Origin: an uncultured Balneola sp.
Lineage (GTDB): Bacteria; Bacteroidota; Rhodothermia; Balneolales; Balneolaceae
Direction of reading: 5' to 3'
Assembly: GCA_913058495.1 (NCBI GenBank)
Contig: CAJXQC010000001.1
Coordinates: 60,779-124,778, forward strand
DNA length: 64,000 bases
Positions within the stretch are counted from its first letter, which is position 1. Each line of letters starts with the position of its first letter. Below, piece after piece: positions 31,301-38,133 of the stretch. The translations under genes and the position numbers were made by a program. The notes below the pieces were generated by a model. That model saw nothing but the letters and a program-made list of their open reading frames with translations, was not told the origin of the DNA and did no database searches.

Positions 31301-32618
31301 CGGCAAAGTTGCCCACGCCAGCGCCTGGCTCTAAAATATTGCCACCCGTGACACCCATTAGTTGAAGCTTATCCCAAATGAGTTTGACCACGGGGTACGA
31401 GGTGTAGTGCTCATTTAGCAAGCCCCGCTTGGACTGCTCGGTGGATTCGGTGTAGCCTAACCCGCCCGCCCCGGTGTAAGAGCGGAGTAGGTCGATATCG
31501 GATTTGGTAATCGCGCGGTCTTCTTTTTGAAGCACCCCGATGGCCGCTTCGTTGGCTTTGCGACGCTCGGAGGCGGTTAGCTTGATGGGCGCAAATTCCG
31601 AAAGTTCGGTGTCGCTAAACCTAAAAGTTGATTGGCCTGATTTCTTTTTGGGCTGTTTGGCAGGTGTTGGTTTCTTAGATGTGGCTCGGTTAAATACCCC
31701 GTCAAAATCGACGCCGATGATGCGACCGTGTGCCCTGAAAAGCTCCAGGGCTTCTTCTCTATGCTCTGCCGGAAACTTGTCCAGCTGAAATGCCAAGGCC
31801 AGTTTACCTATGGTCTGCTCAAAATCTGCCTGAAGCTGTTGGAGCTCGCTGCCTGGATTAGACCGAAGGGTAAGCTGGGTTTCAAGCGCTTCCAAATCGA
31901 CCAAATAAGGTTCGAGTTTTTCCGCTGATTCGGTGTCGCCTTTGTCGGCTTTCCACGCGAGTTGGGTGAGTTCTTCCAGGAGTGCCCCGTTAAGCTGGCC
32001 CACTTTATAGGGCTGGTGCGAGGCCGCCGAAATCATGGACATCCGTTTGGTTTTAACCTGGATTTCGACCGGGTACTGCCCGTCCACTACGAGGATAAAA
32101 TGATGGGCGCGGTAGCCATTCGCTGGGTTTTTATATTTGTCTTCGTGTTCCCACACTTCGCCCAACTCGCCCGAAAGGATACGCTCCACCATCTTATCCA
32201 CCTGCTCCTGGGTTTCAGCAATGGCCATACAACCCGCCACATCGGTCAGGCCGGTAGTGTATTTTTCTCCGGCTTTGGTGGCCATTTTTTCGGTAAAGGG
32301 AAACCTTTTGCGAATGAGTTTCCCTAAAGTGGAATAAATTTCTTTAATTCGGCCCTTTACCACCAAGGCCAGATTCATAGCCAATAGCCCTTTCATGACT
32401 TTCTTTAGGGCCGGGATATAGTTGTTTTTCGCCTCAATCACGGCCTTGATCTGCGGTGCCAGTTCGGCCTCAGAAACCGGGGCGGTATCTCCCGGAGTAA
32501 GCGGGTTGGGATCATCAATATTGACAATCCCGTCGGAGTCCCAGTCGCCCAACCAGTGATCAAAGTCGCCGGTGGACAGGTGGGTAATCTGGTCGATATT
32601 TGTTTTAACTACGGGCAT
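25389..32618 (-). CDS. 2409-aa polyvalent protein: RelA/SpoT-like synthetase + N6-adenine MTase + SNF2 helicase (DarB-like) + unknown C-terminal domain
   Basis: KGRIK, DVAG, NGYRAHH, EIQVKT; LEPGAGVGNF, GNVPFG; HDVGAGKT, DEAH, LTATP, AEGMNLQ, QRNGRGLRQ. Confidence 0.85.
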   Translation of the reverse strand: MPVVKTNIDQITHLSTGDFDHWLGDWDSDGIVNIDDPNPLTPGDTAPVSEAELAPQIKAVIEAKNNYIPALKKVMKGLLAMNLALVVKGRIKEIYSTLGKLIRKRFPFTEKMATKAGEKYTTGLTDVAGCMAIAETQEQVDKMVERILSGELGEVWEHEDKYKNPANGYRAHHFILVVDGQYPVEIQVKTKRMSMISAASHQPYKVGQLNGALLEELTQLAWKADKGDTESAEKLEPYLVDLEALETQLTLRSNPGSELQQLQADFEQTIGKLALAFQLDKFPAEHREEALELFRAHGRIIGVDFDGVFNRATSKKPTPAKQPKKKSGQSTFRFSDTELSEFAPIKLTASERRKANEAAIGVLQKEDRAITKSDIDLLRSYTGAGGLGYTESTEQSKRGLLNEHYTSYPVVKLIWDKLQLMGVTGGNILEPGAGVGNFAGFLPDRDKFRMVMIERSAISSRIASLLYPMQTVRHENFADTDLSLYNLTGVVGNVPFGDLKIHTSRDPLAPMSPRIHDYFILKSLDALKPGGFLAVITSTGTMDKKDPSIRQAMIQRAHFVGAYRLPSTAFKDNADTTVTTDILFFQKYGEHQGDIHPDVDSKLNRLFAQEELIESQVSYNGETYTASYNPYYKEHPNHVLGEHIQGHHVQFYSRMGVKGELSESVINSVLSDGLTFPYSLPVEMPLYNIPDDGIMLNLPRSYHPGNIVFHENHFYEKQRRFFKRLTLKGGSGLEARTRSACQLLDKYDDYITALAQETSEKDALRAEFKQLLSGHIEQYGVPDEDEDIRKVFKFDNRLYKLTTLVKRDPLNGELVHADIIDADSMFNRNYVPAVKDSDDLAELAMFGRSIGETLDLDFYQSVYKGGTTSKEELEKALEDHPDFYWNPATSNHEFRYQYLSGNVREKLQLAQEHELEKNIKALQEVVPEWIDVYNITVDPQHVFTYLPAKAIEEWIKDEMNYDKVEIGLVKDKAELGNRFYMKLRKWGRYVGTGDETPDDNNLGWGETPFTKIITSYIQDSTFPLKFYDEDDNLMPSMTLKEAQSMKGERGQMLIERARKIQRQNNNRMLTHVPKKFNNWVRTKASSEVRGMIEAAYNHTYNAVINPPFDGRTLRVRGMSDTFYGVKDFTVYKHNRAIAEKLVWNGKGANCHDVGAGKTLASIITSQVLLQQGAARKPMFVVPGKVQEKWVEEYLMLFPDAKVLNMKMAGGDKHKELTMAQLYNWDAIFIADHAFKSLPLSPAEQARIYQERIDYFNQMLENFEDLLEEDEAISKAAKTSMMKRMEKQMEEWETKLRNVAHSKRLETDIFFDELGVDCLFFDEAHFYKNALGSAKAAKLGISANKPSQRAEDTLQKTRWLFSKVGHKNVFVLTATPVVNSPVEVWHMLNLCAPDLLAKYEIENLDNFINLFVREEEKIVKKTNGEYRSERVVAGYYNLPEMRKIIDEVMDIKSYDQLIGFYKEFPDYIQDEDGKTVNGKDGKPKVLEPKFKRPKASTRNVIIEPSELHKLLFDDIILRANEVIACMKERQCETRDNFLVITGDGSKIATDLRVYDKDFEGIDRSYLKLGAMVENVAASYGARSNPAPEMVPEDLYGDYFHRPGRGQIAVTPPHLRENPSHIEVITSKGVVKEKSGYWVVWDEKKEVYEPLHILEPKKPEHTWSEGIFGNEKEATERAHKLNKEWEQIKASRSNPASPAIRNQIIFCDWISLHQSQGGSFHQLIKSELVKAGIPKEQIAIINGSIIGTSKNGDDYSVSSKDDKEALKKEVQDNFNQGKYRVVIGNQSIAEGMNLQKWTTDMHHMDVPYTPSQIQQRNGRGLRQGNQYGEVQIHYYLMQDSFDQYRLELVSKKQSWIDDLFFGTVREVSTGGDSESLEYEQMVAATNSDPRVKQFFEALAQKNVLDDRIDNLESEVQRLQASQAQATTDIQGKQDRMKSVVERESALQNSKLPESAEKALKENLLDVQYGWNGEPYQLDIQLSSDSKRISGYRMKTVLDVPENNANGRVWFHLIPDSNIPDRSFYNKQTWGSIKRMASKELATAFGWTLEEKTGQGKSISGNLGNIIATEEDFYAEYGIDIEAEKAKKDEVGNEQSFKAIKESAGMFTIKKWQPIITRKLAELFLELEKAWIRTSQSRMELLSSELKQTEKTLAELQKVLADTKTELEASKTASENNQKTVIELNDVVNQLVAVSYDDRNELYEEINRIAPKYKIRKTITVRDVGSLKGSAPKGSPQLRENKADSVPAKTTKRHGVLKTLYEEPLVYSGIVKELEYIDAKGYMQRVEAESDDLAMIINAKGTTIYVFPTSLMRLSKGAYNDPKAAEMFEEFHHFPADDYDYELFPPLGEKLISAGYADRIMYVSDKIIYADDEKGKDNHYFHYFDAGKRPVFKYGDVYIIANVNIDGRGILN

Positions 32619-32621
32619 GGC

Positions 32622-34040
32622 TTAGCTAAGGACTTTTTCTAAAAAGGCATCGAGTTTGGCCTGGCTTTTTCGGGCGGCTTCTAGGTCTACTTCAGCCTTT
32701 GGAGGCGTCTGCTCTTTAGGCTTAGGTGCTGGTTTGGATTTCTTTACCGCCGATTTTTTCTTGGCGGTTTTCTTGGTGGGCGGAGTAGGTTTGCGCTTAG
32801 GTGTTTTCTTGGCTTTGGCTTTGCCGGTTGGCGGGCAATCCGCGGTGCCATCTTGCAACTTTTCCTGCCTCCGGTATTCTCGCGCGCCCAACACTTTCTT
32901 TGCATGATCCTGGGCCAGAATCTGTACTTCCAGATTTCCGTGCTTTTTCACCAGCTGAGCCCAGGAAGCCGCAAATCCGCCTTTGGCCCCTTCGGTGCAG
33001 ATCTGGGTTTTCAGCTCCCCGTCAATGAGCAGCTCCACGATGTAACGTTTGTTGTAGTAGTCGGGCACATAGCGAATGCTCAGTGTTGCCCGTTCGGACT
33101 CCCCGGAATGCTGTTTGGCGTAGCACGGCATTTTGGAGCCGAGCAGTGAATTCACCCGTTTCCAGGAGCGCAGTTTGTGGAGGGTATTGATTTTTTTGAG
33201 TGAGATCGTAAATGGCAACTCTACGGGATTATCGCGTGGCTCGCTGTGCGTGGGATTCATTAAATAGCTTCCTCTTTTTGAGGCCCAATGGGCTGCCTGC
33301 TGTTTAGTGAGACCAAATTCATCCTGAAAAAAGTCGATGAGTTCCTCATCAGTTGAGGTCTCATTATTAGAAAGCTGGTCTTCCACGCCTTCATGCTGGC
33401 TTTGCGTAAGCGGGGGAATAATTTTTAGAGTTTCGGCAGTGGCTAATGTGCCAAATGGAACATCGATGGCATTTAATAACTGATAGCGGTTTTTTTCGGT
33501 CTCAGCCAGTCCCTCTTTGGTTACTTTAATTTCAATGTCGCATTCGTGTGCGATACTGGTGTTGCCCTTATACTTGCCATCTTTGGTCGCATGTGCCACC
33601 ATGATGAACCCAATGCCATGTTCGCGGCACCACTGTGCCAGTTCTACCGTGGAGGCGTCTTTGGCGTCAATGACAGAAATAGAATCCAATACGCAAAAGG
33701 CAGATCTGTTTTTCAGCAGGGTTTCTTTTAGCGATGTGAGTGATTTCCACTTAGTAAAGTTCAGGTTGTTGTGGGTCGCTTTTAATCGCTTGACTCGGTC
33801 AATGAGTGTTTTACCGAAATGTTCTTCGGCTGGTATATATTCGACTCTACCGTGCTGTGCAAGAGCGTTTGCAAGGCCTAAACTGAAGGTGGACTTTCCG
33901 GCCCCTTTCTCACCCCAGATAAAGATGACGGCATTTTTCTCCGGTTCCCCAAGAAGTGTACCATAAGGTTCGGCAATCTTGATGCCTTTGATGTTTATTT
34001 TTGCCAGTTCTTTGGCGCTCAGAGTATTCTGGATGTCCAT
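32622..34040 (-). CDS. RecA/RadA(Sms)-like ATPase with Lys/Pro/Ala-rich C-terminal tail
   Basis: WGEKGAGKS Walker A, CVLDSIS Walker B, AH.TKDG...G...IAHECD, KNRY; tail KKTPKRKPTPPTKKTAKKK. Confidence 0.8.
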   Translation of the reverse strand: MDIQNTLSAKELAKINIKGIKIAEPYGTLLGEPEKNAVIFIWGEKGAGKSTFSLGLANALAQHGRVEYIPAEEHFGKTLIDRVKRLKATHNNLNFTKWKSLTSLKETLLKNRSAFCVLDSISVIDAKDASTVELAQWCREHGIGFIMVAHATKDGKYKGNTSIAHECDIEIKVTKEGLAETEKNRYQLLNAIDVPFGTLATAETLKIIPPLTQSQHEGVEDQLSNNETSTDEELIDFFQDEFGLTKQQAAHWASKRGSYLMNPTHSEPRDNPVELPFTISLKKINTLHKLRSWKRVNSLLGSKMPCYAKQHSGESERATLSIRYVPDYYNKRYIVELLIDGELKTQICTEGAKGGFAASWAQLVKKHGNLEVQILAQDHAKKVLGAREYRRQEKLQDGTADCPPTGKAKAKKTPKRKPTPPTKKTAKKKSAVKKSKPAPKPKEQTPPKAEVDLEAARKSQAKLDAFLEKVLS

Positions 34041-34041
34041 A

Positions 34042-34362
34042 TCAACGGTTCCTCATTTTTTTAGCGATCACAATTAAAGCACCGATGGCAATGCCAGCCA
34101 GAACAGCTTTGGTCAGCATGGCTTTTTTATCTGTTTTCATATTTAATGGAGCATTGGATACCCCCAGTTTTGAAAGTAGTGTTGGCCCGGCCTCTCCGGT
34201 TACCGGAAGAGAATACCTACGTTGAGCTTTCATAACGGCAGATTGGGTTTCACTTCCAAATTTTCCGTCAATACCATATTGAGGTAGATCAAATCCTGCT
34301 TTTTGCAATCCTGCTTGGAGCCTGATTACCTGTTGTCCTGAGGCGCCTTTACTGAGAGTCAT
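34042..34362 (-). CDS. Tail-anchored peptidoglycan-binding protein
   Basis: LSKGASGQQVIRLQ...L...IDGKFGSET..AV...Q...LPVTG PG-binding pattern; C-terminal TM plus KKMRNR. Confidence 0.85.
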   Translation of the reverse strand: MTLSKGASGQQVIRLQAGLQKAGFDLPQYGIDGKFGSETQSAVMKAQRRYSLPVTGEAGPTLLSKLGVSNAPLNMKTDKKAMLTKAVLAGIAIGALIVIAKKMRNR

Positions 34363-34754
34363 TTCTTCGATGTTGAGTTATACGTTCGATGTGCAAGCAC
34401 ACCTATTGTGATACCGATCAGAAGCGTAGAGCTATACTTTATCAGTGGTGATTTAGCTGAGGATGATAAAGGATCATCGGTAGTTAATTTCTTTGCCAGA
34501 GCCACCAAATCCACATACTCGAAGTAGGCGTCAATGACTCCGGCGTTCTGTTCATATACCCTGGTGATACCTGCTTTACTGGTGGTCAGGTTGGCCAGGT
34601 TGAGTCCCATCGTGGCAAGCTGGCCGCGACGACCACTTGTGGCGCTCTGAAGTTTCCCCGCAAACAGCTTAAAGGCGTTTTGCGAGGTGCGTTGCAGGTA
34701 ATCGTCCATGCCGTGTAATGCAGTACCGGTATGTGGTATAAAAGTTGATTTCAT
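34359..34754 (-). CDS. Tail-anchored membrane protein
   Basis: C-terminal LLIGITIGVLA plus basic tail; 4-bp overlaps on both sides. Confidence 0.6.
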   Translation of the reverse strand: MKSTFIPHTGTALHGMDDYLQRTSQNAFKLFAGKLQSATSGRRGQLATMGLNLANLTTSKAGITRVYEQNAGVIDAYFEYVDLVALAKKLTTDDPLSSSAKSPLIKYSSTLLIGITIGVLAHRTYNSTSKK

Positions 34755-35434
34755 TCGGCAGGTACTTTAGGAGCTAAGGCTTTTACACCCGCCCGAAGTC
34801 CAGGGAGCATGGGGGCTAAGAAATAAAGCCCCGCACCAGCAACCGATATAATGATCACCCGTTTGAGTAGCGTATTCACCTCCCCAAGGGTGTTACCCGG
34901 TCCAAGTTCGGGCATCTTGTACCACGACTCGGTGGGTGGAGAATACACCCCGGACTGCTCGCCGGTTTTCTGGTCCAGGTCGAGGGAAATGGGTGCGGAC
35001 TTTTCGATGAGATCTGAAGCGGGTAGCTTGCTTAAATCAATATCATCGGGGTACACTTCAAAAACCACTTTATGGCCCGAGGTGGGAACAAACGAACGGT
35101 CAAAAACGAGTCGTCCCTGTGCGCGGCAACCGTCCATCATCGACGTTCCGAACCGCTGGAAGCCTAATACAGACCCAGTCTGCTCCGACCGAACCACCAC
35201 AAGGGCGTCGGGGCATTGCCCCCAGCTGGCCAGAAACGGAACAAACAGCACTTTGGCCCAATTCCGGAAGGTTTCAATTTCAAGGTCAAGCGAAAACGGA
35301 ACCCCGCTGGGCGGGTTCCCCGAGGCGGGGTTACGCCCGATAATGCGAAGTTCTACAGCCTCGGAGCTTATGATATTGCTGGACAGGTTGAGCTGCCCGA
35401 GTCCGGTGTCGATATATCCTGATTGCGCGTTCAT
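34751..35434 (-). CDS. Tail-anchored beta-sandwich protein (SGY...GLG motif)
   Basis: QSGYIDTGLG; beta-rich core with two Cys; TM VIIISVAGAGLYFL. Confidence 0.6.
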   Translation of the reverse strand: MNAQSGYIDTGLGQLNLSSNIISSEAVELRIIGRNPASGNPPSGVPFSLDLEIETFRNWAKVLFVPFLASWGQCPDALVVVRSEQTGSVLGFQRFGTSMMDGCRAQGRLVFDRSFVPTSGHKVVFEVYPDDIDLSKLPASDLIEKSAPISLDLDQKTGEQSGVYSPPTESWYKMPELGPGNTLGEVNTLLKRVIIISVAGAGLYFLAPMLPGLRAGVKALAPKVPAE

Positions 35435-35435
35435 T

Positions 35436-35705
35436 TTACCTCCTTAGCAAGCGGTAGCCTACATAAAGGCCACCTGCGATTAGTAAGGTGTTCTGGTTAT
35501 CCCGAATCCACTGCGAAAGTGAAATCGGCTGCTCCTGAAGTCGCTGGCATAGTTTTTTGGCCGCAGGCTCTTCGCCTTCGCCCATTTCTATGACCTGCAT
35601 ATCCGGCTGCTCGTAAGAAGTATCTTCCGTGTCAGGCAATACCATAGGGGCATGGCCACCTGGAACGCCACCGTCTAAATACGTTGAAATTCGTCCTGCT
35701 TGCAT
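35436..35705 (-). CDS. Small acidic tail-anchored protein
   Basis: C-terminal LLIAGGLYVGYRLLRR. Confidence 0.6.
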   Translation of the reverse strand: MQAGRISTYLDGGVPGGHAPMVLPDTEDTSYEQPDMQVIEMGEGEEPAAKKLCQRLQEQPISLSQWIRDNQNTLLIAGGLYVGYRLLRR

Positions 35706-35707
35706 AC

Positions 35708-36031
35708 TTACTTCTTCAGCACTTTGAGTAGAATGATCCCACCGACTATGGCGATTCCTGCTATGCCCGCATACTTGATCAACTCTCCCGAGCCGCTGGG
35801 AGCAGGTGCGCCTTGGCCGGGATATAGCACCGGCGGTTGTCCGCCTCCAGACTTGTTTCCGCCTTTGTTGACGACCCCATCTATGGTCACCACGGTATCG
35901 GTTGCGGTCTTAAGTAAGTCGTTGATAGAGGTTAAAGCCGAGCCAAATTTGGTTTGGGTGGGCTGGGAAACGATAGCTGCTCGTTGGTTGAGAAGGTCAA
36001 AACTGGTATAACCGCTGGGTTGTTTGGTCAT
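35708..36031 (-). CDS. Small Gly-rich tail-anchored protein
   Basis: PSGY; C-terminal YAGIAGIAIVGGIILLKVLKK. Confidence 0.6.
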   Translation of the reverse strand: MTKQPSGYTSFDLLNQRAAIVSQPTQTKFGSALTSINDLLKTATDTVVTIDGVVNKGGNKSGGGQPPVLYPGQGAPAPSGSGELIKYAGIAGIAIVGGIILLKVLKK

Positions 36032-36044
36032 GGGACAGGCCTGC

Positions 36045-36467
36045 TTATTTAGAAGATTTCTTTTTTCGTTTCAGCATCAAAACCGCCAAAGCAATAGCTC
36101 CGGTAAGAGCAACTCCACCCACAGCGATACCCGACTTCATGGTCGAATTGGCTGTCTGCTGCTGGGAAGCGGTAGTGGTAAGATTGGTCTGGAGCGCCTG
36201 CATCATTTCTTCGCGCTGGCCTTCCCACTGGGCTTTCTTTTGAAGGGAAGCTTCGTGCGCTTTGCAAAGCGCCTGACTTTTCTCACGTTGACGGCGGCAG
36301 CTTTTCAGCTTGCCAAACATTTTGCCTTTACAGCTTTGGTTGGCGTACCGGCACGGGTCGGTTTCTTCCCAATTGCCCAGTCCGGGACTGATGGCCACGG
36401 CAATCACCGCATTTTCCTCTCCAATGACAGTATCCTCTAAGGGAATGATAAATCCACTTTTACTCAT
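36045..36467 (-). CDS. Cys-containing tail-anchored protein (SGF...GLG motif)
   Basis: KSGF...PGLG; four Cys; C-terminal TM plus KRKKKSSK. Confidence 0.6.
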   Translation of the reverse strand: MSKSGFIIPLEDTVIGEENAVIAVAISPGLGNWEETDPCRYANQSCKGKMFGKLKSCRRQREKSQALCKAHEASLQKKAQWEGQREEMMQALQTNLTTTASQQQTANSTMKSGIAVGGVALTGAIALAVLMLKRKKKSSK

Positions 36468-36470
36468 GGT

Positions 36471-37487
36471 CTATTTATTTAGAAGCATATACCCGCCACC
36501 AATCAGAACCAAGGTTCCAATGGCAAGACCAGCATACAGCCCCATTTTTTTGGTTTTATTTGCTGCTTGTTGTTGAGTAACCCAAACCGGGGAAAGTTGC
36601 CCGTAGCGATTCAGTTGCTGAACCGCCGGGGCACCAAGTTCATCTATAATCTGTGCGTAGCGCTGAAGTGTGGCATTATCCTTTTGGGAAAGACTGATGA
36701 CCTCGGATTGCACGCCTCGCTGCATGAGGTGATCTCGAAGGGCTCCGCGCATTTGGCGCTCACCAGAATCCTTGGCTCCAAATATGCTGGACAAGGTATT
36801 TTTTAGCGTCATCCCGGTACTGGCCATTGTTGTAGCCGTGGTGAGTAGCGTAATAGGGTCAAGCCCCAAACCTTCCGGCATCAGGTTGGTGACGTGCCTG
36901 GATTTTTTAATGAGCCGCTCATCAAATACGTAACCTGGATATTTCAGCACAGTTGTATCGAAAGATTTCCAGCCGGTAGGTGATTGGTACACCGCGTAAA
37001 TATGGTCAAAGTGACGTCCCGTTCGCGAGACAATGCGAAAGCCCGTTTGAATACCTAAGCTTTGCAGCAAGGCAGCACCTAAAATGGCATGATCATCGCA
37101 GTCACCGGCTCGCTGAGTAATGGTGACAAAGGGCGATTGAATACGCTCGACATCCCATGGGTCGCGCACGTAATTCACGTTGCGCACCATCCACTTGTAT
37201 ATGGCGGAGGCAATAGCGTCAATGTTTCGCAGGTCGGGTTGTCCGGTAAGCCGGTGTCGCCGGATTGTGCTTGTAATTTTGAGAGCAAGTGAGCGAATGC
37301 GCTCGTCGCCGGTATATTTAGTAACCAACCTGCTGGCTGCCGAAATTACGCCTTCCACACCGGGGTAGGCCTGGCGTCGTGTAGAAAGAGGTACTGTGGA
37401 TGCTTCCAAAGAAGCATCCACAGCCCGTGCTCTGGCATGTTGCTGCTGGGTATCTGGTAATATCTGTACGTAGCCACTTTGCATCAA
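36471..37487 (-). CDS. Transglutaminase-like (Cys-His-Asp) enzyme with C-terminal membrane anchor; putative maturation protease
   Basis: YVRDP...GDCDDH, FDHIYA, SFDTT triad; internal EGLG; C-terminal TM. Confidence 0.8.
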   Translation of the reverse strand: MMQSGYVQILPDTQQQHARARAVDASLEASTVPLSTRRQAYPGVEGVISAASRLVTKYTGDERIRSLALKITSTIRRHRLTGQPDLRNIDAIASAIYKWMVRNVNYVRDPWDVERIQSPFVTITQRAGDCDDHAILGAALLQSLGIQTGFRIVSRTGRHFDHIYAVYQSPTGWKSFDTTVLKYPGYVFDERLIKKSRHVTNLMPEGLGLDPITLLTTATTMASTGMTLKNTLSSIFGAKDSGERQMRGALRDHLMQRGVQSEVISLSQKDNATLQRYAQIIDELGAPAVQQLNRYGQLSPVWVTQQQAANKTKKMGLYAGLAIGTLVLIGGGYMLLNK

Positions 37488-37705
37488 CGTATCAACCCTT
37501 TGGTAAGCTGGCTAATCGAGTGGACGGGATTTTCCTTGATTCTTTTATGGGTTAAAGATGCCAATCCATATGTGGGAAAATTTTCGGTAATTAGGACTCC
37601 AATAAATTGTCCATTTCGGGTCACGGTGGTAATACTTGCTTCCTCGGCTATGGAGAACAGCTGATTTCGCAGTTGGGAGATCGTTTTAGTTTGGACTGTC
37701 CTCAT
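37484..37705 (-). CDS. Phd/YefM-like small DNA-binding protein
   Basis: ISQLRNQLFSI...ITTVTRNGQFIGVLI matches the Phd N-terminal fold pattern. Confidence 0.6.
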   Translation of the reverse strand: MRTVQTKTISQLRNQLFSIAEEASITTVTRNGQFIGVLITENFPTYGLASLTHKRIKENPVHSISQLTKGLIR

Positions 37706-38133
37706 GAGTGGGCAATTGGATTAGTTCGCGTTATGTATAGCTTCTGCAGTTCTGCAATTACATCAACCAATAGCGCTTTTTCTTCTGGTCGAAGTGAAAA
37801 AGTACCCGACCAAATGAGTAATAGGTTGGTGGCAGCACTGGCAGAGATACCGGCATAGGTCGAAAATTGCCCTGATCCATCCACTAAGGGATATATACTT
37901 TCTGCAATTCGTTTCGCGCCGATATCTCTTTCCAATGCCCTTCTGCCCAATTCAATAGCGATACTGATCCAGTCCTTGGCCGTCAAAGGTCTGTTTTCAA
38001 TGCCCTGAATGATTCCAATTTGTGATTGTATGGCCCGTACATAGGTTATATAGCGGGCCGCAGAGGGGGAGTCGATAGCCATAAAATCCAAAGCAGCCTG
38101 TATTAATTTTTGATAGGGGAAGTGCATGCTCAT
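37702..38133 (-). CDS. Hypothetical alpha-helical protein
   Basis: 4-bp overlaps with both neighbours. Confidence 0.6.
   Translation of the reverse strand: MSMHFPYQKLIQAALDFMAIDSPSAARYITYVRAIQSQIGIIQGIENRPLTAKDWISIAIELGRRALERDIGAKRIAESIYPLVDGSGQFSTYAGISASAATNLLLIWSGTFSLRPEEKALLVDVIAELQKLYITRTNPIAHS

Noticed and set aside
25742-32337. Numerous overlapping and antisense ORFs within the giant gene (for example 27126-27842, 28923-29855)
   Set aside because: Shadow frames of a GC-rich coding strand; no motifs, and the main frame has continuous domain signatures
32622-34040. Chromosomal radA/sms gene
   Set aside because: Lacks the N-terminal zinc ribbon and the Lon-like C-terminal domain; embedded in the element's operon, so no gene symbol given
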